Origin: Macrostomum hystrix
Lineage: Eukaryota; Animalia; Platyhelminthes
Length of the DNA stretch: 64,000 bases
Direction: 5' to 3'
Assembly (NCBI GenBank): GCA_950097015.1
Contig: CATNEN010000038.1
Coordinates: 12,710,001 to 12,774,000 of the forward strand
Part shown: positions 25,962 to 39,599 of the stretch, piece after piece
Position numbering within the stretch: position 1 is the first letter of the stretch
Layout of the letters: the number at the start of each line of letters is the position of its first letter
The notes under the pieces: model-generated
What the model was told of the DNA's origin: nothing
Database searches by the model: none
Seen by the model: only the letters and a program-made list of their open reading frames with translations
Program-made: the position numbers and the translations under genes

Positions 25962-26734
25962 CTACAAAAAAACGAATAATCGAATAAAATTCAGGAAGGA
26001 TGAGATAGTTCATGAAAAGGACTTTGCATAATTAACACAAACACTGCAGCTCTCTCACACGGCCAACCATTTTCTACGAATCTATGCAGCAATTAGCTTA
26101 AAGAAGTTTTCTTGACGCAACGTAAGTATAAAATATGCTATATATATATATAGTATGTGTGAAAATATAGGCAAAAACTGGTCTGAAAGATTGACGACAA
26201 GTCGCCAAGGCATACAGCAAGACTTACTTTGCGTGCATACAGTAACAATCTGTAAAAATACACACGGTTATAATCACTACTTAAAGTAGTGTAAAGACTG
26301 ATATAAATGGACCTCCATTTTTACAGCTTAAAGAATACTAAAAACAGAAAAATACTTAAAGTATATAAATATTTTAGTAGACAACTGTGCCTAACTGTGC
26401 TGCAGGAAATTAAAATGTGTTGTAGAATGGTTAAAAACTTTTATTTTGTAGAAACATTTTTGTTATTATTTATTAACCATTATTTTGTTTAAAACTAATT
26501 TTTTCCTTTCATACGAAAAATAAAAAAATTATTAAAAAAGTAACAATAAAGTTACTAAAGTCAATCAGCTAGACATTTTTGGAACCCGTCAGTCCTGTTT
26601 AAAAAAAGCGGGCAGGTGGTTAATTCAACTGGTCATAACTGGGTCAGATAAGACTCGGATAAATAGATAAAATATCGGTAATCTATAAAACGTCTTTTTA
26701 GAAAGGTGGGTCTTTCAGAAAGTAGGATCATGTA

Positions 26735-27210
26735 GACAGGTCGGGCAGACAGATAAGACCAACTGGTTGGTCAGGCAGACAGGTAGGTAGGTCAGGCAGA
26801 CAGGTAGGTAGGTCAGGCAGACAGGTAGGTAGGTCAGGCAGACAGCTAGGTTGGTCAGGCAGACAGGTAGGTAGGTCAGGCAGACAGGTAGGTAGGTCAG
26901 GCAGACAGGTAGGTAGGTAGGTCAAGTAGACAGCTAGGTAGGTCAGGCAGACAGGTAGGTAGGTAGGTCAGGCAGACAGCTAGGTTGGTCAGGCAGACAG
27001 GTAGGTAGGTCAGGCAGACAGCTAGGTTGGTCAGGCAGACAGGTAGGTAGGTCAGGCAGACAGCTAGGTTGGTCAGGCAGACAGGTAGGTAGGTCAGGCA
27101 GACAGCTAGGTTGGTCAGGCAGACAGCTAGGTAGGCCAGGCAGACAGGTAGGTAGGTCAGGCAGACAGGTAGGTAGGTCAGGCAGACAGCTAGGTAGGCC
27201 AGGCAGACAG
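26735..27210. repeat. 21-bp minisatellite immediately 3' of the UCK stop codon
   Basis: GGTAGGTAGGTCAGGCAGACA units. Confidence 0.9.
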
Positions 27211-27225
27211 TTTAGGTCTTGCAGT

Positions 27226-29812
27226 TTAGTGGGGCCGCGCGGACTGCAGCTTAGAGGCGGACTCGGACAGGTGCCGCTGTAGTGTGCGCTGCTTTCGACT
27301 CGACTGGCCAGTGGCGCTGCCCTGTGGGCCGCCTTGAACGCAGTCGCGCACGTGCAATGCCATAATGTCTACGGCCACAGAGTTGTCGGCACCGCGCGGC
27401 AAGATTAGGTCGGCGTATTTTTTAGTCGGCAAGCAGAACTCCTCGAAAGCTGGCTTGACAAAACTGGAGTAGCCCTGCAGCACTGTCTCCAGCTCTCTGT
27501 TGTGTAAAGACAGTGTAATGACAGGTGAAATGCTTGAGTGTGAAAAGATTTAAGAACGTGCACAGAGTTTTCTGTAGACAATTTTTAGGTCACTTGTTAG
27601 AGATGAAACTCTTAGACTGGGTTTAGGTCCACCTGTTAGACAAATGTGCTACAGATGGTGTTAGATATTAAAGGTATTAGAGATGGAAATGTTCAATATT
27701 ATACACAGCTAGATACCCAGTTATCAGGCACTATATACACAGTTTCGTCCCAGAACTTATTCCTACCTGCTCTTGGCCAAATCTGTCCGGACTCTGCGAG
27801 CCAGTCTGGTGTCTGAGTCGCAGTCTACAAACAGCTTCACATCTAGCAGATCTCGAACCTTGGAACAGTAAAATAGCAGAATGCCTTCAACAAGCAGGAC
27901 ATCGACAAGAGCTAATTCCTTCTGTTTTGCTGGATCAAACTGGTTTGTGGCCTTGTCATAGAATGGCACAGAAACTGATTTGCCAGCGCGAAATTCGCTA
28001 AGTGTATTGAACAGCTGGTCAAAGTCAAATGCGTCTGCAATGCCAGTAGTGCTAATTGCATAGAGATTTAAGATGAATCAATTACAAAAACCACATGTGA
28101 AAGCATGATAATCATCTCACCTGGATGATCGAAATTGAATTGACCATCATTAGCTAGGGCTTGCTCTTCACTAGTTAGCTTGCGATAAAATGAGCTCATG
28201 CTTATAACATCCACTCTACTCTGCTGAGCGTCAGACTCAGCTATCTGCTGCATGATGCGCTCACAGACAGATGTCTAAAATGTAAATGTGCAGAAGAAAG
28301 GCCAGTGGCAGAGTGGTTAACACATTTGTAGAGAGAAGTTGTAGAGAGAAGGCCTGGGGCATGTGAAATTTATGCCCTTGCAGACCAACCTCCAAAGCAC
28401 AGTGAAGTGTACACTGCCTGACGATAAGAAAGTCAAAGGAGGCGCGAAGATGCATTCTCAGTGGCTACTAGATTATGGAAGTGTTTAGAATCTTTTGTAC
28501 CTAGATGAGTTTGAAGTAACTTATGGACTATACAGACATAAGACAGAGCTAGATGTGGCAATCATCGAATGGCCACAGACAGCTCATTCCCTGTTACTTT
28601 TTGTTTAAACAAATTTGTAAGTAAATTCTCTCTATGGGCAAATTTGATTCTAGTTTTGGCAAACTAGATAGTAAAGATGCATATTCTGTGCAGCTCAACC
28701 AGAATACACCATTGCTTAGTATGTCACCATGCAATGCTTTAGAATTTAAGCAGTGCCACAAAAATTTCAGTGGAGGTGGAGTGGGACCAGACAAAACAGA
28801 TCATTTTAATTCTTAAAAGTTTTGTAATGTATTTTTATTAAATAGATAGCTGTTTCTATACATTTTTACCCTAAAGCAATAAAGCACAAAACATTAGATG
28901 AATTTTAAGTATTTATAGTTATAATGAAAAAATATAACACTTATACAGCTGACCAAGAACACAGATTTAGTCAGGCAATTGATTTATGTTAATCAACCAT
29001 TAATCAATCAATCAAGTACGCTAATACCTAACCGGTTTTACACCATCACTGCTCAGGGGCATAGCCAAGATTTTTTTGGGGATATCGGTTTTGGTTCTAT
29101 CCAGAGTATCCAGAATAAAAAACAATTAATTCAATTGTTTTGAATTGAATTCGAGACATCAAATTTGGGAGTATTGGCCGATACACTGATACCACTGTTA
29201 CTGCTTTTAACTATCAAATGTCAATAATAGGTTTATATATAAACCAACAGAGAGCTGCTTAACTTATAACCGGCAAGTTTGCTTTCAATAACAAAATTAT
29301 GCACACAAAAACAAACAAATTCACAATGAGATAATGGTATCTAATTAATTATTATATAAAGCTGTTTATAGTATGTTTGGTAGGCCTAAGTGTTTTTGTA
29401 TTGTGTAGCAAATTTAATTAATAAAGTGAATTTAATTTTTGAGGAATCACATTAGACTTCTATATGCATACATAAGGCATGTTTTTTAAGCTGGGAAAAT
29501 TGAAATGGCTAAGACAATGCATATTATACACTCTTCTTCTATACATTCAGCTATATGCTGGATGCTGGATGCTATATGCTATATGCTGGATCATTATATG
29601 TCCTTCCATATAAACAAGCACCATATATATTCTATTTTTAAATGCATAAAAACATACCATGCACTCAAGTGCACACAATACTCATATTCCTTGAAAACAG
29701 AGGGCGTAATGATCAACTATGGAATAAAAAATACTCTCAAGCCTATGCCTACCTTTCCAGAAGAACTACCTCCGGCAACGCCAATTAGAATAGTTCTCTT
29801 GCTCTCTGGCAT
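27226..29812 (-). CDS. UCK: Uridine-cytidine kinase family protein, divergent; exons 29753-29812, 28121-28274, 27767-28034, 27226-27496
   Basis: P-loop [52 protein letters not shown]; splice phases are consistent. Confidence 0.9.
28303..28440 (+). mobile_element. Partial SINE family A copy
   Basis: CAACCTCCAAAGCACAGTGAAGTGTACACTGCCTGACGAT core. Confidence 0.7.
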
Positions 29813-31009
29813 GCTGATTACTAATCACTGGAAATATTACTTGAAATACCAGAAAACAACACGACTGCACTGAATGAACAATTAGACAAATGAAGGCCAA
29901 GGGAAACAAGGAATCTTCAATTTTCGGTTTCAGAGTCGGTCGAATTTTCGTGTTTATAGTAACAGAATTCAATTGTTATCGTTAAAAGTAAAACAAAAAA
30001 CATATTCGGTAGTTAGAAAATAACCGACACAAAAAAATAACTTTCAGCACATGTTTTAAAAAAAGAACAAGGTTCGCAAAACAAATAATTGATGTAAAAT
30101 TTTACTGAAGAAAATAGCATTTTTTCATTTTTTAACTTGTCCTTGAAAAAAATTTGTGAGAGACTTTTTAATTCATAGTTCTCCATGGACGTCATTTTAT
30201 TTCTAGAGTAACTTCAGCTTCGCTGAATCCAGATTTGAGATATTCATTATGAGATATTCACTTTCCTATGTAAATCTTTTCTGACTGATATAAGTCATCA
30301 TCAAAGAACACAAGTGAAACAATCAATTAATTACGCTTGTCTTTTTCTTTTACCTCATTATCGTTTGATAAGTTATTTACAATGTAGCATTTTCGGATTT
30401 TTGTGGTTTAACAGGATACGGAAGACTAAATAGTCGAAACACTATGAAGGATATACAATTATTTCGGTTTGGCTGCATTTCCTATGCTCTTTTTGAGTTT
30501 TTTTGCAAACGTTGGTATTTATCACTTTTTTGGGATTAAAATATTTTAATAAAACAAATAGTTGCATTATTTAAATCGAAAGCTAAAAAATCTTTTAAAA
30601 TTTTATTTTTTTTATCAATTAAACACAAGGCAGGAAAAAAACAAGATACAAGTTAAATATGATAACTAATGATCACGAGGCAATAAAACATGTTCTATAT
30701 TTTCTGACTGTAAGGTCTCAGTTTGCATATTTTTCTCAAACTCACATCTTTAGGTTCTTCTGTCTTACTAATAATCGTTGTTAAACATAATTGATTATTT
30801 TATAACAAGAATGATAACAATTTATAACAAGATAACTTTAGTTAAGCATATTAACTTTTCAAAATGAGAAATATTATGAAGCTGTTATTGTTGAAAAAAC
30901 GATTCTGATGAAAACATCAAGCAGAGTAACAAATATTCATTTGACTGTAAGCCACATCTTTTCTCATAATAAATTCACCCTCAGAGTGAGTGTGAGTGAC
31001 TCCTACAAT

Positions 31010-34000
31010 ATGGACATTCAGGAGCTGGAGGTGCTAGACAGTGCCATCAATGAAGCCTTTGATTTGTCAGCCAGAGAACGAGTCCTGATACGAGAGCGGG
31101 TACTCACAGACTTTTTCGGTGAGAAGCGTGTCCTGGAGCCATTCTACCTTATTCTAGTGGATGTCCGGCTTTACCTAGTACCAGTAAAGAGCCTGCAATT
31201 GTCACTGGGCTCGTCATTAGCTCAACCGCCTCCTAGGAAGATTGTAATGCACCATCTGGCGCACTTGGATAGAATTAAATCGCTCCGGGTAGAAACTAGG
31301 CCGCCAAAGTTGATTATTCCTTTGGTGGAGAAAATCCTCACGCTGCTAATTGAAATTCAGGCTAATAATCTGCGGATTTCGCATAGTGAAGACTCTGTAG
31401 AACACAGTACATTGCAGACGTCCATTGGAATGGAAACTGATATGCTACTGGATCTCACGTGAGTTACTGCTGTCTGCAGTCTACAGAAAATTATGCGATT
31501 GTAAAGTCTGTTGATAAGTAGCAAGCCAAATTTTCCTTTGCATTGTCGCTAGTTTTCCTAAATTTGTCTTTCTCTTATGAAACAGGGGCCTGTCCACTGA
31601 CCGACCGGCGTCGGTAGTTGCGACAGCCACCGCGGTAGACACCGCCGCTCTAGATTCAGCGGTGACTTCGGTGGCTCCTCCAACATTCGATGCCACTGCG
31701 ACAGCCTCGAAAAAGACCGTCGGCTGCTGCGGCTCGAGACGCGGCGCCGATGTCAACGCAGAAGACGTCAACAAGTCGTCGAAGCCCACGACAGTGGCAG
31801 AGCCGTCAACTCGCACGGTGAAGATCTACTTGAATTATTTTCGCAGGTCGCATGCCGAGAGCGACTGGGCGTTTCAACAATTGCGCGACGCATGGAGCAA
31901 GCAGGTGCTGAGGAGGACATTAGAATGCGATCAGGACTACCTGCTGCTCACGACCCGGCGGGCCACTGTGCACCTAGCCGAGTCCGACTATCGGCTTCTG
32001 TTTGAAGGCCTTGTAAGCGATCTGGAGCGGACAGTCGGCGATGCCGCCAGCCTCAGCGACCTCCTCCTGGAACTTTTCGTTTCTTTAAAGCGATACTTCA
32101 TCGTCAAGAAGCTTTTCTGGGAGACGCCTAAATTATTTGAACTCTTGGTGGTCACCATGGAAACAGTTGCTAAGGAGCAACAGCGCTCCGGCGAAGCTTT
32201 GACGGAGATTGAAAAGCAGCAGCATGGAAACCAGCTGAAGGTGCTGTTGCACTCGCTTCAGGCGCTTAACTGCTCCTTTGAGGTGAGTGATTATAAACTG
32301 GAGTGACTGAACTGGACAATTAGTGGATGCAGCTGAATAATTGATGATAGATTGAGAGACCTGGATAGTTACTGATATACCAGGATTATGATTGATAGGA
32401 CCGGATTATGATTGATAGGACCGGATTATGATTGATAGACTTGGATAATTGCTGATAGACCTGGATAACGATTGATAGACAAGGTAATGGTTAATAGACC
32501 TGAAAATTGATTTATAGATTTGAATAATGATCGATTGACCTGGGTAATGACTGATAGATAGACATGGAATATGACGATGGACCTGGATTATGATCGATAG
32601 ACCTGAGGAATGATCGATAGACCTGAGGAATGATCGATAGAACTAAATGATGATTGATTGAACAGCTAATTCCTGTTAAGAATGAAGCTGTCAACATTTA
32701 TTATAACCCCGTCGTCATCTCGCTCAGGACACGGAAGCTCTGGCCAGTCGGCACCGATCTCTGCACCAGAGCGAGGGCCGCCTCATCCCCAGCCTGATTG
32801 GCGCGCTGAGCGCATCGGTTCTTGTCACCGACGGCCGGCACAGCTGGGGCGACGTGGACGGTGATCCCGAGGTTGTGACGGAACAGGTGGCAGTCTATCG
32901 AGCGCTGCTCGTTGAGCGAGCCAGGACCTTCTACCACCTCATGGCTCAGTGGTGAGCGGCCGTTATAAAATTCCATTGGGCTCCATTCTTTAACAGTACA
33001 AAGACCCCGCTATTTCCCCTCCCCTGGATGAAGACCACTGGGACATCTCAAATACCCTACACTGCCTACTTCACGATAGATTCCGAACCGAATGACTGAT
33101 TTTTGTGAAAGTCCACCATATGTATTAAATTTTCCGCCTTTTACGATGAACTAAACTTTAAAAGCCGTCCGAGTCAGCATCTTTGAGATGTTCAGCGATT
33201 CTTGTTGAAGACCCTGGTGACTACAACAACTAACATTGCACTGTGTAAACCTCTTTGGCGAATCCATATTGGTAAAAAAATTAACAATTTAATCGGGGTT
33301 CGGTGGCATAGCGGTTATCGCGTTTGCCTCTCGCACCGCGGTCCCTAAGTTCCATTCCACGGCGAGGCCACATTTATTTGGGGCGCTACCGCGGAGAGAC
33401 GGCTTGAGGGCTTGTCAAGCAATTTACGTCCTTGAGGGCCAACCTCCAAGGCACAGTGAAATGTACACTGCCTGACGATGAGAAAGTCAGGCCAGATGTA
33501 CACACCTGTGTGAGCGTATGTCTGCGTACAGTATCTGTGTGCGTGTGTGCTCAGCAGTCAGCGAAATGGGCAGAATTGCCTGCTCGCTGGCTGCGGGTCT
33601 AGTGTCACTAAATGATGTGCCACTGCCCGCAGCCCTCCTGCAATTATTATTAACAATTAAATTAATTCAAAATTCTTTGAATTAAAGCCACCAATAACAG
33701 CCGACATAGTTACATGATGAATTTTTGTGAGAATAAAAATATGCCTATATTTGTAGTTCTTGCCACCCGACACTCCGACAAGAATCGTTGAATATCTCGA
33801 CGATGGATGCCGATGTTTTGTGATTCTGCGAGTAGAATAATCGAATAGAGCGGAAAATTTTAGCCCGTGTTCTGCATTTTCATGGCGACTGGTTGAATAT
33901 TTTGGGCGATACTAAAATGTGGGTATTCGATATTGTTCTACTGTTTCTACTGTTTAGGAAAGGGTTGTAGCCTAGTTCTTAGAGCATGGTCGGTAGTTCG

Positions 34001-36777
34001 ATTCCTAACTCTAGGAAAAAAATGTCCTTACTTAACTCTGCATTGGTTCAGTTCAACCAGCTGTTAAATGGGCACCAGCATCAGCTGGGGTAAGTGAGGG
34101 CAGGTGTGGCACCCCAGTCCATGGACTGAACAGCCGTACGCAGCCTGCAGATGCTCCGCGCAAAAAGTAGCGATGTGCTGTCGCATCTTGTCGGAGTTGT
34201 AATCAATTATTATTCTTGTAACTCTTTACATAGTTTCCTGTTCTTTTCTCTTTCTATCCGAATAAATAGCTTCGTAGCTTTCAATAATTTATATGATTAT
34301 CTGATTCTATCAATCGTTTTTAGATTTTTTAGAAGTTCACTTCTTAGCTATTTAATTTTATTCATGGACATCTCATTATTCATACACAATGATATCTGTA
34401 ATTCGATTCTTAAAATGAAAAATAATTGAATCCGATTTGTATGGAAAAAATTCTAAATAAGCTTTAAATTTAAACAAGCAGTTTTCATTTGCCCCAATTG
34501 CAGTTCAGGTCATTCTGGCAGGTAAGGTGCTGCTCGCAGTTTTTTTTACAAACCTTGTAATTAAATAAAAGTTGTTGCTTTCAGAAACATATTTTATAAC
34601 CCTCATAACAAATTTCAAGAACATAATAAACCTAATAAATACATATAATACCACTGTAATTGCTTGTTTGCTAACATTTTATGCGCTTTGCGCCCATTAT
34701 ACTACTACTTATTCATGTAGCAAGTAGCGTTAGTTTGCAGTAGCGAGTCGGTAATATTTGCTGTTAATGCTTTTTGTGCATTTGTTAAATAAGCACAAAA
34801 AATTTGCGGTTCTGTTTACACCAGCAGTGTAAAACTGATGTCGTGTTACGGCACTGAAGTGGTGCAAATGTGACTCCGTCATTCAGGCAATATCCGAACA
34901 TCACAGCGTGGCTGAAATAAAATCAAGGACCACTAGTAGTTAGCTACTGCGAGTAAAATTAGTCCTTGAGCAAACTTTGCACCAATATGCTCTATGAGAT
35001 ACTTCCTACACCAAAAGCACGTGAGATGGTGTTCATTAACAGTAGGACTACGAAGCCATTTTGCCGCCCGTTTTTATACCAAGGAGGGATTTTACCCCAC
35101 CCTGAGAACATTTTTTGGCAGCGCCTGAAAGCTAACCGCGTAGGGTGGTGACTGATTGGTTGACAGACTAGGCGATGGTGTACTGTAGTTGAGCTGCGCT
35201 TAATATTTAGGCTTCAGCAGTGAAATTTTAGAAATTCGCGTCAGGATGTTTAGAGTGGCCTAGATTTCCACATTTTTTGCATTTGAAGGTCCCGCAGTCC
35301 GTCTAGATAAATGTAGGTGACCACCAAAGACGGAGATGATGCAGGCACATTCGGGTGACATGCTGAGAAAGTTTGAAGGTCTGGAAAGGCCGCACTGAGG
35401 CGCAGTGCAAATTCGTGTATAGGGGGTGTATGAAATACACTAGCTCTTATGGGAAAAATCGTACCTTCGGCCAGAAACATTGAATATCTCGACGGTCTGA
35501 AGAGCTGGCGACTTGTTTCTTGTTTCAGAAGATGCGCAACAAAAAGTTAGCCCGTGTTCTTGAGTTTCGTGTGCTTGCATTGTTCCGTTCGGGTGCAGCA
35601 AAAAAATTGTCAGGTCCCCCCCCCTTGGTAGTTCTACTGTTGAGTGGTCGTGAAATTTTTATCTGTTTTGTGGTGCATGGGGTTGTTTTATTTACTTTAT
35701 AGTTTTTTAGCGAACTTTAGCGAAATCCTTTTCAAGGCTTTTTAAGACCGATGAAAAAAACACTATTGAAAAAGGCCTCATAAAAAGACCTTGTGATGCG
35801 CAAACACGAAACCAAAATATAAAAAGTAAGAAAAAATATTACTTACGTGTTGAGTAAACCTGGAAGAACTTCGGTTCACTTGGCTTGAGGCTGTCTTTCT
35901 TATGGTTCTCCTTAAAGCTAGTCATAAAATGTGAAAACTGGCGTTTGCTTAAATCCCGAAAAGGATAAAAAATAATAGGGTTCTCATGAGATTTCGAAAA
36001 ATATTTTATTATCCGTTTTTATTGAGTTCTCTTGCGTTCTTTAAATATAAAAAGGAGATTTCCCGTTACTTTGTCTAAAATAGAAACAAATTTAGATTCC
36101 CCCTCTGTCTTTTCTAAAAATAGAAACAACAATTGCTTCTTTCAGTAAACATAAACAAATAGGATATCCAGCCAGCTTTAAAAAAGAGCCAATGAAAGGA
36201 TTCCCCAAATTGGAAACTAAACTCTTGTCACACAATTTACTCCCTTCTGTGTTGTTTGTTGAACAGAGAGAGATGTCCTGAACATTTCAAGCTTGCACTC
36301 CCGATGTCGAATTTTTTCCACACCTTCAGACAGGAGGAGCTAAATCCCCTCAGCTTGACCCGCCTAGCAACCGCACCCGCCTGCAAGCCGGGCTTCTTGA
36401 CCTTCGTCGCCGACTGCCTGCGCCACTGCGCCAGACACTTCGACTACTACGGCCGAGTTCGCGCCGGCGCTCCCGTGGCGGAAATGCGACCAGAGACCGC
36501 AGTGCAGCTGTTCGAAGCTCTTGACGCCCTTCGCCGAATCCTGATGGTCAGCCAGGACGCCTGGAATGGCGCCCACGCCTGCCCGGAGCTCCTGGCCGAG
36601 GTGCGCCACTTTCTGCGGCGCAGTCGGGTCGCCGCCTGCCTCCGCCGCGGTCTGCCGCTTCGCGATGCCTTCTTAGTGCTCGCCGATGATCTCCGTCGAG
36701 TCCTGCAGCTACATCTAGACGATGTCAATACTGACGTTGGCAATGGCAGCAACGGCCGAGCAATGAAGGCTGCCTGA
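31010..36777 (+). CDS. C12orf56/DUF4551-like protein; exons 31010-31458, 31586-32282, 32728-32951, 34504-34521, 36267-36777
   Basis: Phase-consistent GT-AG model; YLILVDVRLYL, FIVKKLFWETPKLFELLV and FEDTEALASR resemble the C12orf56 family (recalled, not searched). Confidence 0.6.
32340..32650. repeat. Degenerate 20-bp minisatellite
   Basis: GATTGATAGGACCGGATTAT-like units. Confidence 0.8.
33295..33652 (+). mobile_element. tRNA-derived SINE family A, full-length copy
   Basis: A box TGGCATAGCGG, B box GTTCCATTCC, (ATT)n tail. Confidence 0.88.
33961..34213 (+). mobile_element. tRNA-derived CORE-like SINE, family B copy
   Basis: GTAGCCTAG..GTTCGATTCC head; CTTAACTCTGCATTG..CAGCTGTTAAATGGG core; TGTAATCAATTATTATT tail. 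Confidence 0.75.
35035..35540 (+). repeat. Unclassified interspersed repeat (second copy at 37850-38325)
   Basis: Shared blocks such as GGCCGCACTGAGGCGCAGTGC and AAGAGCTGGCGACTTG. Confidence 0.8.
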
Positions 36778-37849
36778 CCTTCTGCTGACCCTGTGAAATG
36801 AGCCACCTAAATTTAAAGATACTACTGCCAGAAAGTACTTTTCAAGCCTTTTCAAGCTAGAATTCACAATTGCTTCAATTCGCCCAGGGAAAATGGGAAG
36901 CAGCATTAGCAAGTGGAGTTGGCTTCTCCAGTCCATTTACTGAACAGTTGTACACAGCCGTTGGAAGCGCAGTGGAATAGCTGCGTACATTTGTATCAAT
37001 CTTTGTTTGCCTCATTAATGTACTTTCTAGGAATACTGATCCATTTATCACTTCTTCGGAAATGACGCTGTTATTAGAAATCTATTTTTAGAATATGCAA
37101 CGATGTCCTTTTATATCTCTATGGCCCTCTCCACCGACCTGTTGGCTTGCAGCTGGCATCTCTCACTTGACTTCGCATCCGTTAATTAGTTTATTGTACA
37201 GTAAAATGCAGATGAGACAGTTTATAAGTATTTTTTCATTATATAAAATACTATTAGATTGTAGATTCTTCCAAAGTGATTTTTCTTTTGACTGATTAAC
37301 AACTCCACAGTGATATTCTCGAGATTTTTTCTAACACTCTTGCAGCTTTTGCTTGTTTTGATTAATGCTAAGTAGTTTTTTTGTGTTTACAAGTGTTTAC
37401 AAATAGATTTTTATTATAAAAATTATTCGATGACATTTGCAAATTTGATAGTCCATTTTTGTTATAGTAAAGCTGATTATTATGCGGAGAGAAATAGATA
37501 AACAAAGTGAGATAAAGAAAAAAGTCACGGATGTGTCAACGTAAGGAAAGTCACAGCAGACATTGTGACTGACACAGAAAGTCAGTCAATGACAGTGACA
37601 GACAGGCAGGTAAGGTAAGCAGGGGATAAACAGGTTGACTGGTAGGTTGTGGAGAGAGGAGTTTTGAGGATGTGAATCACCAGGAAGCGTTTTATTAACT
37701 ATTGTCCACAATGAAACAAGTTACCTACCTAATTTCTTGAGAAAGCAGAGAGCTTTTCCTATTTCAAACAATAACTTCTTGGTAATGTAATATTGCACGT
37801 TAAAACCGTTCTTCAAATGTTTCTCTGAAAATTGAATTTTCCACTGTGA

Positions 37850-38325
37850 AACAGTTAACTGTAGGACTACCAAGCTATTTTGCCGCCTGTGTTTTTATAC
37901 CAAGTGGTTTTTTGGCAGCGCCCGAATGCTAACAGCGTTGGGTGGTCACTGATTGGAGAACAGACTAGGCGAGGGTGTCCCTGTGGTTGAGCTGCGCCTA
38001 ATATTTAGGCTTGATCAGTGAAATTGGAGAAATTCACGTCAGGTTGTCCATAGTGGCCTATTTCCACCTGTTGTAGTTCTTGAAGGTCCAGCAGTCCGTC
38101 TAAGGTAGGTTACCACCGAAGACGGAGATGATAAAAGTGCACATTCGGGTGCCTTTTGAAGGCCTGGGCAAGGCCGCACTGAGGCGCAGTGCTTATTCGT
38201 GTATAAGGGGTGTATGAAATACGCAATCGCTTAAGAGAAAAATCTGACCTTCGGCCAAAAACCATTGAATATCTTAAAGGGTCTAAAGAGCTGGCGACTT
38301 GATTATTGTTTCAGAAGATGCTTAA
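37850..38325 (+). repeat. Unclassified interspersed repeat (diverged copy of 35035-35540)
   Basis: Colinear similarity to the first copy. Confidence 0.8.
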
Positions 38326-38593
38326 GTATATAATCTTTATATATAAGTATATAATCCCAAGACGCGCGTCCTCGGCCTTTCTCTACCATAGAAACCAAAA
38401 GAACAGACAAAGATAGTACTTAATCTACAGATATTGGAAGCGAAAGCCAAAGCGGGGGGTATGGGGGGCACAGCCCCCCATATTTACCATAGACACTAAG
38501 ATTTTTAAGTAGAAAAGGAAGGACTGGACACAGACAGACAGTCAGGCAGACTTTATAAAATCAGTGAGAGAGTAATTGCAATGTCTCTTCAAC

Positions 38594-39320
38594 ATGGAGG
38601 AAGATTTGGAACTTGTTTTTGACTGGCTGGATGAGGTTCAATTAAGTGAAGATCCTTCGAAATTTGCTCTAGTTTCTGATGACGAGGTTGCTGAGAGGAT
38701 TGACGCTGCGGTGCCGGAATCAACGCGCAAGAAGGAGCGATGGGCACTTAAGGCATTTGACTACTGGCCGGTTTCAAGAGAGGCAAACTAAGCTGCTTCG
38801 CGGTCACAGCTCAGGTCTAGCGGTGCTGAGGAGCGGGCCAAATGGAGTAAATCGGATTGGAACTATCTGTTGAAGACTTTCTTGTTCGAGGCCAGAAAAG
38901 CTGATGGTGCGAAGTACAACGCTAGCACTCTGAGAGACCTGTTAAATATGCTGCAACGACATGTGCTCTTTGGACTAGGAATGAACTGGAACCTATGGAC
39001 AGATGACGCCTTTCTCGATGCTCGTAGAGCCCTTGATGCAGCGATGAAGGAGACGACCAAGGAGGGGAAGGCTGCAGGAAAGTTTGCTTTGGGATCCTAT
39101 CCCGTTCAACATAGAGAAGGAGCTGTGGGATAAGAAAATACTTGGTACTGGCGATCCCAAGACGCTGCTGCATACGCTTGTGTTCTACATAGGAAAAAAC
39201 TTCGCCATACGTGGTGGAACAGAGCTGCACAGTCTGAAGAGAGGCCGAGAGATTCGCATTGAACTACACGATGGCAATTAAATTTTTATGTATAGAGAGG
39301 AGCGGAGCACGAAAACTAAC
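38594..39320 (+). pseudogene. Crypton tyrosine recombinase (DUF3504-like), frameshifted and truncated
   Basis: VPESTRKKERWALKAFDYW; FLFEARKADGAKY; EKELWDKKILGTGDPKTLLHTLVFYIGKNFAIRGGTELHSL. Confidence 0.8.
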
Positions 39321-39321
39321 A

Positions 39322-39550
39322 GTTGCAGTGTCCGAGTGTTGCAGTGTCCGAGTGTTGCAGTGTCCGAGTGTTGCAGTGTCCGAGTGTTGCAGTGTCCGAG
39401 TGTTGCAGTGTCCGAGTGTTGCAGTGTCCGAGTGTTGCAGTTTCCGAGTGTTCCAGTGTCCGAGTGTTGCAGTGTCCGAGTGTTGCAGTGTCCGAGTGTT
39501 GCAGTGTCCGAGTGTTGCAGTGTGCGAGTGTTCCAGTGTCCGAGTGTTCC
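39322..39550. repeat. 16-bp minisatellite (GTTGCAGTGTCCGAGT)
   Basis: Tandem array. Confidence 0.95.
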
Positions 39551-39599
39551 AGGAGTAACCTTCAGATTTAAATTGCATTGCTGGGCATCATCAGATCTG

